Positions 19,499 through 30,422 of a DNA stretch of 64,000 nucleotides are shown one piece after another; the first letter of the stretch is position 1; every line of letters begins with the position of its first letter. The notes beneath the pieces are model-generated. The model was not told the origin of the DNA and ran no database searches. It was given only the letters and a program-made list of their open reading frames with translations. Origin of the DNA: Desulfurococcales archaeon (GTDB taxonomy: Archaea > Thermoproteota > Thermoprotei_A > Sulfolobales > Desulfurococcaceae); NCBI GenBank assembly GCA_027022365.1, contig JALVYU010000007.1, positions 64,001-128,000 of the forward strand, in the 5' to 3' direction. The position numbers were made by a program, and so were the translations under genes.

Positions 19499-20302
19499 CT
19501 ATCTGCCAAACCTTCTTTCTCTGTGCTGATAGTTTCTTATTGCTCTCCAGAAATCGATTTTCCTAAACTCCGGCCAGAAGACATCACAGAAATATAGCTC
19601 ACTATATGCTGACTGCCATAAGAGGAAATTACTTATTCTCACTTCCCCACTGGTTCTGATGATTAGATCTGGATCAGGGATTCCATCAGTATACAGATAA
19701 TGCGAGAATATCTCCTCGTTGATGTCATCGGGCTCAAGCTTGCCTTCCTTTATATCCCTGCCTATTCTTCTAACAGCGTTTATTATTTCGTCACGTCCAC
19801 CATAACATAATGCGATATTCAGCACGTGTTTATCATAATCTTTGGTTATTTGCTCTAATTTTCTGGCGAGATCTACTATATCTCTTGGAACAAGATCAAG
19901 TTTCCCAAAAACTCTGACGCGAACCTTATTTTCGTGAATTGCTTTCATATTCATGAGTTCCTGAAGACCCTTTCTAGCTAGTTCAAATAAGTGTTTTCTT
20001 TCTTCTTCAGGCCTGTAAAGACAGTTCTCACTGGACATAGCGTATATTGTTATTGCTTTAACATTTAGCTCGAGTATCCAGTTGATAACCTCTCTTATTC
20101 TTTCATACCCTATTTTATGCCCAAACATGGGATCCATTCCAAGCCTTCTAGCCCATCTCCTATTACCATCAGGGATTATTCCAATATGAATCGGAAACGG
20201 GCCGTCTTTTATCTGCATCCACAGAATTTTCTCATATAATTTGTAAACTGGTTTTGATATCACCTTGTAAATCTTGAAAAGCATTCCCTTAATCGTCTTC
20301 AT
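19499..20302 (-). CDS. uppS: cis-prenyltransferase (polyprenyl diphosphate synthase)
   Basis: IPDGNRRWA, YGGRDEI, RTSGEVRISNFLLWQ, ERRFGR. Confidence 0.96.
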   Translation of the reverse strand: MKTIKGMLFKIYKVISKPVYKLYEKILWMQIKDGPFPIHIGIIPDGNRRWARRLGMDPMFGHKIGYERIREVINWILELNVKAITIYAMSSENCLYRPEEERKHLFELARKGLQELMNMKAIHENKVRVRVFGKLDLVPRDIVDLARKLEQITKDYDKHVLNIALCYGGRDEIINAVRRIGRDIKEGKLEPDDINEEIFSHYLYTDGIPDPDLIIRTSGEVRISNFLLWQSAYSELYFCDVFWPEFRKIDFWRAIRNYQHRERRFGR

Positions 20303-20423
20303 GATATATCCCTTGTTTGACGCTGAGAATCAAGTATTAATACCTATTAAATACTCAGTTTTACTCTACGAGTAGACCCCCATATAAATAGTTTGAATAA
20401 ACATATTGAACTAAGGGATTCCT

Positions 20424-21002
20424 ATGGGGGAGATAATTGATATATACGTTGGGACAGAAAATCCTGCGAAAATAATTGGTATTGAGAAAGCTTTTAGGCT
20501 CATAGGCGAGGCTAGAACATACACGGTTAGGATAGAAGGTCTTAAGCCACAGCCCATAGGAATTAATGAGATAGTTTACGGCGCGGTCAAACGGGCATAT
20601 CGGTCATATAAGAAGTGTTCATCGCCAGACTGTTTTGCAGTAGGATTAGAGGCCGGGATAATCGAGATAACTGATGATTATTGTCACAGCGGCCAAGTAG
20701 CTGTGATAATACATAGTGACAAATACAGTATAGGCACCAGTCTCTTCTTCCCACTGCCTCTAGATTATTGTAAAGAATTAGTCAGGGGGAGAGAACTAGC
20801 CGATATCATGGCTAGGGAATCAGGGCTAATGAGTATAAGGCGTAACATAGGTGCCATTGGCTACTACACATATGGGTACATCACTAGGATAGACCTAAGT
20901 TATCAAGCAACCTTATCAGCCCTTATACCCTTTATGAACCCAGAGAAGTTCTCAAAACTACCCAGTCTAGAAGAGCTGGAAGAAATCCTTAAAATACAAT
21001 AA
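20424..21002 (+). CDS. Inosine/xanthosine triphosphatase (YjjX family)
   Basis: GTENPAKI, QPIG..E...GA..RA, GLEAG, GAIGYYT.G...R. Confidence 0.85.
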   Translation: MGEIIDIYVGTENPAKIIGIEKAFRLIGEARTYTVRIEGLKPQPIGINEIVYGAVKRAYRSYKKCSSPDCFAVGLEAGIIEITDDYCHSGQVAVIIHSDKYSIGTSLFFPLPLDYCKELVRGRELADIMARESGLMSIRRNIGAIGYYTYGYITRIDLSYQATLSALIPFMNPEKFSKLPSLEELEEILKIQ

Positions 21003-21038
21003 ATACTAACCAACTCTAACTTAGGAGGTGTATAGATA

Positions 21039-21428
21039 ATGTCATGGTATCAGGGCAATGATTTAAAGAAGCCGACTGGCGGACGAAAGGTGATGGCACG
21101 TCTGAAGAGAAAATACGAATTGGGCAGACCACCGACAGAAACACAGCTCGGCCCGGTTGAAAAGCGCAGAATCATACGCGTTAGAGGAGGAAACATGAAG
21201 GTTAGACTCAAGAAAGCAGCGTACATAAACGTAGCTATACCGGGAGAGAGCAAGACCAGAAAACTAAGAATACTTGAGGTAGTCGAAACACCCTCAAATC
21301 CGCAGCTGGCTAGAAGAAACTACATAACTAAGGGAACTATTGTAAGGACGGAAATAGGACTGGTACGGGTCACCTCAAGGCCTGGCCAGGACGGTGTTCT
21401 TAACGGTATTCTGATAAAGAAAGAGTAA
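21039..21428 (+). CDS. rps8e: 30S ribosomal protein S8e
   Basis: [30 protein letters not shown]. Confidence 0.98.
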   Translation: MSWYQGNDLKKPTGGRKVMARLKRKYELGRPPTETQLGPVEKRRIIRVRGGNMKVRLKKAAYINVAIPGESKTRKLRILEVVETPSNPQLARRNYITKGTIVRTEIGLVRVTSRPGQDGVLNGILIKKE

Positions 21429-21529
21429 AAGACACTACTACATTGAGCCATACTCATTTATTTATTGGTTAAATGCTCTTTTATCTAAAACAATGTTTGA
21501 CGAAAATTAATGAATGATGGTGCCTTTAA

Positions 21530-21826
21530 ATGAGTCGTGAATACGAAGGAAAACGAATAGTTATCTATCCTAACTACATAGATTCTAGAAAAACACGGAA
21601 ACTGGGCCGAAAAATATCCCTCGCCGATGCAGTACCTAATCCTAACATAGATGAAATAGTTAGCGCCGCTGAGAACCTAGGACTAGAACCACAAGTTGAA
21701 AAGGCAAGCTATCCTCGTGAATGGTGGAGCACGGATGAACGAGTAGTTGTTATGAAGCGAGGTAGTAAGCTCAATACTCTCAGGCTTATTGCTTCTGAGA
21801 TTAAGCGTTTAAGAGAAAAGTACTAG
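21530..21826 (+). CDS. srp19: Signal recognition particle protein SRP19
   Basis: IYPNYIDSRKTRKLGRKI...AVPNP...YPREW. Confidence 0.95.
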   Translation: MSREYEGKRIVIYPNYIDSRKTRKLGRKISLADAVPNPNIDEIVSAAENLGLEPQVEKASYPREWWSTDERVVVMKRGSKLNTLRLIASEIKRLREKY

Positions 21827-21831
21827 AGATA

Positions 21832-22007
21832 GTAATACCTACTGGTATTAAATTCGTACTATTAAGGTAAGTATTCAATACAGTATTACTATCTGTTTTA
21901 ATCACACATTATAAGAAGCTAGTAATACCTATAATGAAAAGGTCGAGATTTTGAAGAGACCTTACCCTTAACTATCCTAGATTTAAAAGTAAATACCGGA
22001 GTATTAC
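21832..22007. promoter_or_regulatory. Cluster of palindromic GTA(A/T)TAC boxes upstream of the gar1-tfb operon
   Basis: GTAATAC 21832 and 21922, GTATTAC 21883 and 22001; TATA-like TTTAAAA at about 21982. Confidence 0.65.
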
Positions 22008-22023
22008 CTCCCCCCGGTGGATT

Positions 22024-22350
22024 TTGATGAAAAAACTAGGGTATGTAATAAGCAAGACCAAGGACGGTCTAATAATCGCCAAGAGCACGATCAAGGATCC
22101 ACGAAGGCTTGTGGGGCACATAGCTTACGATAAAGATCTTAAGAGAATAGGCAAAATTATAGACGTTATTGGCAGAGTTGACCAGCCATTTATAGTGATA
22201 AAGCCTGAATCAAAAGATGTTATCGAATTTATCGAAACAGGACCCGTGTATTATTACGTGGAGAAAAAAACTAGGAGGCTCCAGCGAAGGAAGGGCAGGA
22301 AAGCAAAGCGTAGAGGGGGGAGGGGGAGGCCCCGCTCACGTAGGGGGTAA
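22024..22350 (+). CDS. gar1: H/ACA RNP subunit Gar1
   Basis: KKLGYV...RIGKIIDVIGRVDQPFIVIKP plus Arg/Gly-rich tail. Confidence 0.9.
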   Translation: MMKKLGYVISKTKDGLIIAKSTIKDPRRLVGHIAYDKDLKRIGKIIDVIGRVDQPFIVIKPESKDVIEFIETGPVYYYVEKKTRRLQRRKGRKAKRRGGRGRPRSRRG

Positions 22351-22364
22351 GATTTTCTTGAACG

Positions 22365-23279
22365 GTGATAGCTTTGAAGTATGAGCACATCGATATGGTT
22401 TGCCCTTATTGTGGTAGCTCTTCGATAATATTTGATCCCGACTCTCACGAATATGTATGCACTAAATGTGGGGCAGTAATTGATGACCGTGTTATCGATG
22501 TTGGAAGAGATTACAGGTTTTTCGAAAACGAACTTGCTGTGAGAAGAACAAGTGGCGCATATACTAATAGGGTACATGATGGAGGGCTAGGTGCAACCAT
22601 TGTTGGCGGAATACGTACAACTAACAAAGAAACGATCAAGAAATGGAGAGAGATCAGGAGGATACAGAAGAAGGCACGAGTAACAAAAAAGGATCGGATA
22701 GTCGAGCGTGCCTTAAGACACTTGAATGACTATGTACGCTTACTAAAGCCTCCAAAGTATGTCGCGGAGACGGCTGGAAATATTCTTCAAAGAGCTGTCC
22801 AGGGTAAAAACTATAAAAACAAAACCCTCAAAATGATGGCAGCAGCATCAATATACCTTGCATACAAGGTACACGGAATATTTAAATCCGCCAAACTATT
22901 CGCTAAAGAAGCCGGCATATCTTATCGTGACCTATGGCATGCAGAGAAGAGAATACACCAGGCCGTAAGTGATATCAATAAGATGATCAAGAGAGACGAT
23001 CCCGCCTTCTTCGTACCCTATTTGACGCACAAATTAGGATTATCCGATAAAGCGAGGTTCCTATCTGCATATCTAATAAACTTATCGAAGAAATTAGAGT
23101 TAAACAACGGTAAGAGCGCTATAGGATTGGCTACCGCCGCTGTCTATGTGTCATCAATTCTATTAGATGAGAAGAAAACACAGCTTGAAGTTGCGAGCGC
23201 GGCGGAAGTAACAGATGTTACCATTAGAAACAGGTATAGTGACCTAATAGATAATCTAGATATAACTGTTGAACTATGA
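22365..23279 (+). CDS. tfb: Transcription initiation factor B paralogue (TFB2-like)
   Basis: CPYC/CTKC Zn ribbon, two cyclin repeats, TQLEVA...VTIRNRY; divergent B-reader (DVGRDYRFF); gar1-tfb-TFEbeta synteny. Confidence 0.9.
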   Translation: MIALKYEHIDMVCPYCGSSSIIFDPDSHEYVCTKCGAVIDDRVIDVGRDYRFFENELAVRRTSGAYTNRVHDGGLGATIVGGIRTTNKETIKKWREIRRIQKKARVTKKDRIVERALRHLNDYVRLLKPPKYVAETAGNILQRAVQGKNYKNKTLKMMAAASIYLAYKVHGIFKSAKLFAKEAGISYRDLWHAEKRIHQAVSDINKMIKRDDPAFFVPYLTHKLGLSDKARFLSAYLINLSKKLELNNGKSAIGLATAAVYVSSILLDEKKTQLEVASAAEVTDVTIRNRYSDLIDNLDITVEL

Positions 23280-23497
23280 ATAACATGCTGGCCGATTGTT
23301 AATTATTAAATGACTGAATTTTATTTATTTGTTTGAATATTTTATGATATTATTTTTAACACTTCTAGTTCGGGGATTACACTGGGATAGAAATATATTC
23401 TTCTCGATTGAACTAATAACATGGTTAACCGGAATGGTGATACAAGATCAAATAATGTATGTTTTAACATGATACTAAGTTTGCTAAGGGGATAAGT

Positions 23498-23902
23498 TTG
23501 CAGAAAGAATTAACAGAACTCGATAAAAAAGTATACAAGTATGTGCTCTCCAAGGGCAAAGAAGGTATACCGCAGAATGTTCTCTGGAAAGAACTAAAAA
23601 TAACGAGTCGTGATGCCTCGAGGGTTCTCAAAAAGTTAGAGATGCTTGGATATGTTAAACGCGAACCAATAATATATGGTGGAAGAAGAACATACCGAGT
23701 TATTGCTATTCCGAAGCCTATAGAAACAAAGAAAAAACCTAGTATGCCCATTATCGATTTTCGCAAGTACTTTGACATACCATGTATGGTTTGCCCAAAC
23801 ATAGATAAATGTTATCAAGGAGGATACTTTGACCCAACTACGTGTGATTTATTGACGGAATGGATACAAATAGAGATATCGCGTAAAAAGGCTAAGACAT
23901 AG
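23498..23902 (+). CDS. Transcription factor E beta subunit (RPC34/hRPC39-like, wHTH plus Fe-S)
   Basis: wHTH GIPQNVLWKEL...SRVLKKLE; C-terminal PCMVCPNIDKC...C Fe-S motif; downstream of the tfb paralogue. Confidence 0.85.
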   Translation: MQKELTELDKKVYKYVLSKGKEGIPQNVLWKELKITSRDASRVLKKLEMLGYVKREPIIYGGRRTYRVIAIPKPIETKKKPSMPIIDFRKYFDIPCMVCPNIDKCYQGGYFDPTTCDLLTEWIQIEISRKKAKT

Positions 23903-23920
23903 CATGTAATGTGTAATTCG

Positions 23921-25087
23921 TTAAAACATATTGATAATCTCTTCTATGGGTGCATCAGTCTTTATTCCCCTAGGGTCAAAATGTGTTCTTGTAGCGTAAT
24001 ACCCTTTATTATTGAGTTTTTCGATTAGATCATCGATCTTGGGCATATTTTTCTTAGCTCTACCAAACAGTATGTCGTATCTAATATATGGTGTCAGTAT
24101 TTTTGACTCGACAAGTAGATTATCAAGTATTTTAAGGGCCCTCTTGTCATAACCATGTATCTCCGTCAGCCTCCTTCTTATGTCAGGTAATTCGTCAGGA
24201 TCGGAGAGCCCGCAGATCCAGAGGGGGCCGAGCACAACTGGTTTTTGGCACCTCGTACATGTTTCTACGAGCTCTTTCGAATAACACCTTTCAAGGGTGT
24301 CTGGACAATATTGTATATATCCAATACAGCTATCTATTACTCGATAAGATTCTTGTCCACTGCGTTTGGCCTTAAATATCACGCGATAGTAGTGTTGATG
24401 ATAGTAGCTTAAAACAGGATAGAGCGCCAGGTCCTGGCTTGCAGCCCGTATTGCTATATTACCCGTTAGTATTCGTAATCCGAGCTCTTTCTCAAAATCT
24501 ACTTTATGGCATCTTACCCAGTATCTTCGTAGGGCCTTATTTCTGTGGCTACATGTTAGGGGTCCTGTATCAGTTGCTGTTACACCTATGAGGCCGTGTT
24601 TTGCTAGTGGTTTAAAAGCAGAATCTATAAATGGTACAGGAGAGCCGTACGGATCTATGTCTATAAAGTCAACTGGTATTCCCGTGAAGGTTAAATTGTT
24701 AAGGAGAGTGTTTGCCTCGTGATTCATGGGTAAAACCGAGTCTTCAACTTCATTTAAGACGATATTTCGTCGCATGTAGTAATACGCTATAGGATCTACA
24801 TCATTAACTATACCTTCACCACTAGATTCGAGAGCAAGTCTAATCCCTCTAACTCCGGTACCCGATAGAGGTTCGACGAAGAAGAAGTGTTTTCCGAGCA
24901 AGGTTTTTGTTACTGCCACCGTTATGTCTCTGTTCACCTTCATTATTGGGTTGTAGAATACGGGAGCCCATGAAGGCTCGTATTTCCCGTCGGGCCTGCG
25001 GTACAGTTTTGGATCTGGTATTATCAGTCTCGCTTTTCCTTCATTTATTATGGTTTCAAAGCCGTAAACTACGCTTTTGTTCTGCAA
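23921..25087 (-). CDS. trm1: tRNA (guanine26-N2)-dimethyltransferase
   Basis: VFYNP, NRD, SGTGVRG, DIDPYGSP, TATD, THF..RGIKTDAP. Start placed at TTG 25087 after a GGAGGT RBS (ORF track extends to 25135). Confidence 0.93.
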   Translation of the reverse strand: MQNKSVVYGFETIINEGKARLIIPDPKLYRRPDGKYEPSWAPVFYNPIMKVNRDITVAVTKTLLGKHFFFVEPLSGTGVRGIRLALESSGEGIVNDVDPIAYYYMRRNIVLNEVEDSVLPMNHEANTLLNNLTFTGIPVDFIDIDPYGSPVPFIDSAFKPLAKHGLIGVTATDTGPLTCSHRNKALRRYWVRCHKVDFEKELGLRILTGNIAIRAASQDLALYPVLSYYHQHYYRVIFKAKRSGQESYRVIDSCIGYIQYCPDTLERCYSKELVETCTRCQKPVVLGPLWICGLSDPDELPDIRRRLTEIHGYDKRALKILDNLLVESKILTPYIRYDILFGRAKKNMPKIDDLIEKLNNKGYYATRTHFDPRGIKTDAPIEEIINMF

Positions 25088-25631
25088 GATAATCTCTGAC
25101 CTCCATGTATACTTGTCTCGGCAGGTTTCTGCCAAGCATGTTCCTGTTCTCTATGGTAACTATATACTTCCTTACACGTCCTTTTAACCCAAGGGATTTC
25201 GGGTCAAGCCTGTAATGTACTACCAATATAAGTGGTTTATTCGAGTCTACGGCGTTTCTTAGTAGTCTTGTGAACACTGGTAATTTAAGCTCCATTGGCC
25301 CCACTTCATCTACTCCTATAACGTCTGCTTGACTGATCGCTCTAGTTAGCGCCTCCTCTATGAGTTCAGAGGCTTCGGATATGCATAAATAATAGGAACC
25401 TATCCTAGGCCCTCTACAAATGGCATCTTTCCTTGCAAGCCATGCTTCTCTGCCTGTGAATATATCAATTATTTTGAAACCAATCCTTCTTCCCCCTATT
25501 CTTACTTCGGGGGTTCTGATACCATCTACCTTTATTCCTTTCTCAAGAAGAAACTCGATTATTCTATTAAACAGGGTTGATTTACCTATGCCTGGACGTC
25601 CAGTTATTATGTATATGGGGCGTTCATCCAT
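25056..25631 (-). CDS. Nucleoside-triphosphatase (COG1618 / THEP1)
   Basis: ITGRPGIGKST, RIGF, VDEVGPME. Confidence 0.9.
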   Translation of the reverse strand: MDERPIYIITGRPGIGKSTLFNRIIEFLLEKGIKVDGIRTPEVRIGGRRIGFKIIDIFTGREAWLARKDAICRGPRIGSYYLCISEASELIEEALTRAISQADVIGVDEVGPMELKLPVFTRLLRNAVDSNKPLILVVHYRLDPKSLGLKGRVRKYIVTIENRNMLGRNLPRQVYMEVRDYLAEQKRSLRL

Positions 25632-25644
25632 CTCTTATTCACTG

Positions 25645-26553
25645 CTACTTATTCGATTCGAGTCTTTCCTTGAGCTTCCTAATATCGTCTCTATTCTCTA
25701 TAATGATATGCTCGGAGTCAATTATCCTTGATAATCGCTCGCTTTCTCTAACTTTTAACCGATATGCACGAGTATTTCTGGTCTTTAAGGTAATTGATAC
25801 AATGTTATTATTGCTTGATAATGCGAAGTCTACTGGTGTTCTCATGAACTTGTAGAATCTGTGTCCGCACTCCTTGGCTATACGGTGGACCTCCTCCTCA
25901 AGTTTATTGGTAGGGGCATCTTCCATTGTACGCGTTATTTCGGGCTTCAATATTTCGAGGGGCTCTAGAACATCTTCACCAAAAATTTCTGCGATTCTGA
26001 GGGCTGTCTCGATACTAACGCTTGTTCTTTTATGCTCGTAGTCATAAACAGCTTTTCTTGTGACCCCTATAAGGTCTGCGGCTTCGCCAAGACTATATCC
26101 TAGCTCCATTCTTCTCTTCCTGAATTTCTCGGGGCTTATTCTGACACTGTACACGCCATGTGACTTATAGACATATATTTTCTCATCCTTAAGGAGTACT
26201 TGCTCGAGAGTGTCGCTTCTTATCACGTTGACATTCATTCTCTTGTAGATAACATCGGGTTCGAGCTCGTTTTTTCCGTGTTTTTCTGCAATAATCAGTG
26301 ATGATGTCTTGTAAGCTTGCTGAGCTCTTTCAAGATCTTTGACCTCAACGTTTGAAACGCTGCGTGCATCGATAACTGTCTTAATGACTATCCTTAGATC
26401 ATCCCTTGCTCCGGTGATATCAATTGATCTTTGGTTCTGAGGATAAGTTAGTATTTCTACTCTAAACCCGGCTTTTTTGAGGGTTTTGACAATGTTTTCG
26501 ACGATTTCTTCAATTAATTTTTTATCATGCATAAAAAACACCTTGAAATTCAA
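25645..26553 (-). CDS. HTH transcriptional regulator (COG1395-like, XRE domain)
   Basis: RRMELGYSLGEAADLIGVTRKAVYDYE; typical neighbour of fibrillarin. Confidence 0.85.
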   Translation of the reverse strand: MNFKVFFMHDKKLIEEIVENIVKTLKKAGFRVEILTYPQNQRSIDITGARDDLRIVIKTVIDARSVSNVEVKDLERAQQAYKTSSLIIAEKHGKNELEPDVIYKRMNVNVIRSDTLEQVLLKDEKIYVYKSHGVYSVRISPEKFRKRRMELGYSLGEAADLIGVTRKAVYDYEHKRTSVSIETALRIAEIFGEDVLEPLEILKPEITRTMEDAPTNKLEEEVHRIAKECGHRFYKFMRTPVDFALSSNNNIVSITLKTRNTRAYRLKVRESERLSRIIDSEHIIIENRDDIRKLKERLESNK

Positions 26554-26584
26554 GTAAATATCTTATCCTGTTATTGTATGATGA

Positions 26585-27289
26585 TTATTTCCTCTTATAT
26601 CTTGCATAGACCATTGCGTGGTCTCTATCATACGGTTCTAGGTGTATGACATCAATGATTTCGAATCCGCGCTCTTTTAACGTATTGATCTCTCTCTTGT
26701 ATACTTCGCTGGGCTCCTTAGTCACGTCTATGCTTCTAGCCTTAATGGCCAATAGTATGTAGCCTCCATCCTTTAGGAAGAAGTCAGCATTGTCAGCAAC
26801 GATTGTTGCTTGGTCAGGCTGCGCTACATCAGCATATATCCCGTCAACCATCTCTACTAAGTGCCTGTAGTTCTGTGGCTTACGCGCATCACCCAGTATG
26901 GGGTAGAGGTTTTTCCTTATGTCTGCTACTAGGATGAATTCTCTCATGACTCTTGGCGCGAACTCGACGCCATATATTCTGCCTTTTGGCCCAACTATGT
27001 CGGATACGTGGCTAGCAGTTGTTCCCGTGGCTACTCCTAGATAAAGGATTTTGTGGCCCTCCCGTATCGGCTGCTCTGCTAGGCCGTTTGCAAGCGCGCC
27101 CGCCAATTTGCTTCTATAGGTGTTCCATTCACGATATTCTACACCGTTGTATCTGAACAATCGTTCGCCATAAACTCTATGGCCCGGTACAAGGTTCTTT
27201 GTTGCAAGCTTTACGCTTCCATCTTCTAGTTCAACAATGTACACACCATAATATTTTTCATGAGGCCTAACCGATACGACCTGGGACAT
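26585..27289 (-). CDS. flpA: Fibrillarin-like rRNA/tRNA 2'-O-methyltransferase
   Basis: [34 protein letters not shown]. Confidence 0.98.
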   Translation of the reverse strand: MSQVVSVRPHEKYYGVYIVELEDGSVKLATKNLVPGHRVYGERLFRYNGVEYREWNTYRSKLAGALANGLAEQPIREGHKILYLGVATGTTASHVSDIVGPKGRIYGVEFAPRVMREFILVADIRKNLYPILGDARKPQNYRHLVEMVDGIYADVAQPDQATIVADNADFFLKDGGYILLAIKARSIDVTKEPSEVYKREINTLKERGFEIIDVIHLEPYDRDHAMVYARYKRK

Positions 27290-27303
27290 ACATTGTCACC
27301 TCC

Positions 27304-28557
27304 TTATCTTCTCCTTCTTCCTCTTCTCCTCCTACCTTTGCCCCTCTTCCTCGGGGGTCTAGGCCTAGAGGGTTTCTCTTCTTTCTTTCTGGCCGGCGGT
27401 TTCGCGTAAAGCTTCTTGATCTCCTCGATTCTCTTCTCGAGTTCTTCCTTCAGTTTATCTCCAATGAACCTACCTGTGAAGAAGTCGACCTTGGCTGCGA
27501 TGGCAAGTTTTGCAGCGAGCGCTCTCGCGATCTTACCGCGCTGCCATCTCGGACTTCTATGTATTGCCGGGTACTGAAATATCACGCCGTGCTTGGGTGG
27601 TTTACCACCTGTCCTCAGTGCTCTGAACAATGCTTTTTCTGCTCCTAACACCTGGATTGTGCTGGCAGGCATTTTCGCCAGGTTTTCGAGGCCGCCAGCT
27701 AGGCTTAGGAGCCTCGCACCCAGCTTGGGGCCTACGAGTGCCGTTATGTTTGGTGCAACCTCCTTCATTATGGCCTCTATGTATCCCTCGAGGGTCTCGC
27801 GGAGCTTGTAGAGTTCTAGTATGATGCCTGCAAGCGTCTTGATGTACTCTATGTCGAAGTCGCTTAGGTCTGCGCCCATGCTCTTCTTAGCCGCTTCAGC
27901 GATCTTCTCGGCTTTCTGTTCGCTGAACCCTAGCTTCATCAGGTTCTCTTTTGTTATGTTCATACGATGTCCTAGCTCGTAGACTATCTTCGCGTAGTCG
28001 AGATGTTCTCTGACCAGCTCATCGAGCTCGGGGAAGTGGAGGCTATACCATTCCCTAAGCCTTGCGACGTACAGGTTTATAGTCTTGTCTATATCGTCAA
28101 TAGTCCTTATGGCCTGAACAGCTAACATGTCACGCTTCTGTGCTGCACGCCTTAGTTTTCTCCTAGTAGTTTCAACGAGTATTTCATGTAATGTTGAGAA
28201 GAAGCTTTCTTCATCCACGGCGAAACCGTTCTCAACACCATATTTCGCTAGGTTCTCTCGTAGAATAATTGCGCCCTTGTGGGCAACCTGTACTTCGGGC
28301 TCCAGCCCCGCTTTTGACACGTGCTTACCGATCTCAGGGGTCTCCACGACGATATGGGTATATCCCTTCTCCTTCAGCTGCTCCAATACTTCTCTTAGCT
28401 GAGGAGTCTCGGCCCCCTCCTCGAGCCTGAGAAGATACTCCACGTTATCGTCGAGATTCTTTGGCGCAAGAGACTTTGCTACGACCTCTCCGTTCTCATC
28501 AAATGCAAATACGCCTACCACCGATTCAGCTAGATATGCCTTCTTCATCACAATCAC
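27304..28557 (-). CDS. nop5: Box C/D RNP core protein Nop5 (Nop56/58)
   Basis: REWYSLHFPEL, PASTIQVLGAEKALFRAL, PKHG, GKIARALA. Confidence 0.98.
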   Translation of the reverse strand: MIVMKKAYLAESVVGVFAFDENGEVVAKSLAPKNLDDNVEYLLRLEEGAETPQLREVLEQLKEKGYTHIVVETPEIGKHVSKAGLEPEVQVAHKGAIILRENLAKYGVENGFAVDEESFFSTLHEILVETTRRKLRRAAQKRDMLAVQAIRTIDDIDKTINLYVARLREWYSLHFPELDELVREHLDYAKIVYELGHRMNITKENLMKLGFSEQKAEKIAEAAKKSMGADLSDFDIEYIKTLAGIILELYKLRETLEGYIEAIMKEVAPNITALVGPKLGARLLSLAGGLENLAKMPASTIQVLGAEKALFRALRTGGKPPKHGVIFQYPAIHRSPRWQRGKIARALAAKLAIAAKVDFFTGRFIGDKLKEELEKRIEEIKKLYAKPPARKKEEKPSRPRPPRKRGKGRRRRGRRRR

Positions 28558-28703
28558 CAGACCTATATTGATCAGTAGGTTTTACTGGTTATTTAAACCC
28601 AGTTATAATGTATTCTAATACATTAATAATCCACCGCCACTTTAGAGATAAAAGATTTATATGGTATTAATCCAGAATAGCCAAAGCAGGAGGATGAAAA
28701 AAC

Positions 28704-28877
28704 ATGCCGAGCCACGGATCGCTTACAAAAGCTGGAAAGGTAAGGAGCCAGACACCGAAGATACCGCCTAAGCCTAAGAAGAACAAACCACCCAGGATGA
28801 GGAATAGATGGGAGTATGTACGTAGGGTGATCCTAGCGCCACAGCAAGTAGTGCGTGGTAGAAGGAGGAGAAGGTAG
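28704..28877 (+). CDS. rps30e: 30S ribosomal protein S30e (57 aa; below ORF-track cutoff)
   Basis: Manual translation [42 protein letters not shown]...; GGAGG RBS. Confidence 0.96.
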   Translation: MPSHGSLTKAGKVRSQTPKIPPKPKKNKPPRMRNRWEYVRRVILAPQQVVRGRRRRR

Positions 28878-29063
28878 ACATAAAACAACTGGTTTACCTA
28901 TAGGGTAGTTTTAGGGCTTCTCTGGTCTGTTTTGAGATTTTTCTTAATCCAATGTCTCAGCACGTAGAATATTCTATCGTGCAATATAGTTGATAATTTC
29001 TGATATGATCAGAATTATTCTTAATACTATGCCTCCATACTCATTTACATCAGGTGTAGCGTA

Positions 29064-30422
29064 TTGAATAGTGTGGATGAAGCTTATCTGGGCTATAAAG
29101 GTAGAGTAGCCGGTATCCTTAAAAATATGGGCTTCGACGTTGGTGATCGGATAAAGATAGTTCGCGGCGATAGAGTATTTGAAGGAGTATTAATGCCGCG
29201 CGAAAAATTATATGGCTCTAGACCAATTGTAGTGATCAAGCTGGACAACGGCTACAATGTTGGTGTTAGAATAGATGAGACCACAAGGATAGAACTCGTT
29301 GAAAAGAAGAAACAACGTGTATACACAAAGCCTAAAATAGTTCAACGATCTGACCTGCCCCATGTCGCCTTTCTTAGTACGGGAGGCACAATTGTTTCAA
29401 AAGTCGATTACGAAACAGGCGCCGTGAAACCTGCATTGAGTGTTGAAGAACTACTTGAATGGGTGCCGGAAATAGGTGAGACAGCATACATTGATGCTAA
29501 GATCATACTAAACGTGTTCTCCGAAGACCTAACCCCTAGCCACTGGGCCCTTATAGCTGAGAAAGTATATGAGGAGTTCAAGAAAGGAAAAGCCGGTGTA
29601 GTGATCGCTCATGGAACCGACACCATGGGGTACACAGCCGCTGCACTCGCATTTGCCATAAGAAGAAAACCGGGCCCAATAGTATTTGTAGGTGCTCAGA
29701 GAAGCAGCGATAGACCCAGCACCGACTCGGCATTTAATCTTAAATCAGCTTTCCTGGTAGCAGCCCAGGCTGACATAGCGGAGTCAGTAGTCGTAATGCA
29801 TGGTGAAACAGGAGATACATATGCACTCGTGCACAGAGGTGTAAAAGTCAGGAAAATGCATACAAGTAGAAGAGACGCTTTCCAGTCAATAAATGATCTA
29901 CCTGTAGCGAGAGTTTTTCCAGACGAAAAGAAAATCGAGATCATTGGAAGAGTGTTGCATCGAAGGAGCAAAGACGGAGAACCCGTGCTAAGGAACAAGT
30001 TTGATGACAAGGTGGCTCTAATAAAGTTCTATCCGGGCATGCATCCGGACATATTCGAACACCTTATCGATGACGGCTACCACGGCATAGTAGTGGAGGG
30101 AACAGGGCTAGGCCATATAGCTAATAGGCTCATTCCTGTGCTCGAAAAAGCTCGGAAAGAGGGAGTTCCTGTGGTCATAACTAGCCAGTGCCTCTTCGGT
30201 AGAATAGACCTGTACGTATATAGTACGGGGCGTAGACTCATAGAAGCAGGAGTCATACCGGGTAGTGACATGTTGCCAGAAACGGCCTACGTAAAACTAT
30301 CATGGATTCTCGGTTCTCATACAACTGATTTGGATAAGGTAAGGGAGCTCATGCTGAAGAACTTCGAGGGAGAGATCAACCCGCGTCTAACCGTTAATCT
30401 ATACCCGAGGTGGATAATATGA
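29064..30422 (+). CDS. gatD: Glu-tRNA(Gln) amidotransferase subunit D
   Basis: [38 protein letters not shown]. Confidence 0.97.
   Translation: MNSVDEAYLGYKGRVAGILKNMGFDVGDRIKIVRGDRVFEGVLMPREKLYGSRPIVVIKLDNGYNVGVRIDETTRIELVEKKKQRVYTKPKIVQRSDLPHVAFLSTGGTIVSKVDYETGAVKPALSVEELLEWVPEIGETAYIDAKIILNVFSEDLTPSHWALIAEKVYEEFKKGKAGVVIAHGTDTMGYTAAALAFAIRRKPGPIVFVGAQRSSDRPSTDSAFNLKSAFLVAAQADIAESVVVMHGETGDTYALVHRGVKVRKMHTSRRDAFQSINDLPVARVFPDEKKIEIIGRVLHRRSKDGEPVLRNKFDDKVALIKFYPGMHPDIFEHLIDDGYHGIVVEGTGLGHIANRLIPVLEKARKEGVPVVITSQCLFGRIDLYVYSTGRRLIEAGVIPGSDMLPETAYVKLSWILGSHTTDLDKVRELMLKNFEGEINPRLTVNLYPRWII

Noticed and set aside
23275-23320. ATGAATA...CCGA...CTGA after tfb as a C/D sRNA
   Set aside because: Boxes are poor, guides are short and AT-rich, and there is no terminal stem.
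23996-24785. Isolated GTAATAC copies inside trm1 (also single GTATTAC in prs and the intein)
   Set aside because: Single 7-mers in coding DNA are expected by chance; only the intergenic clusters are treated as signal.
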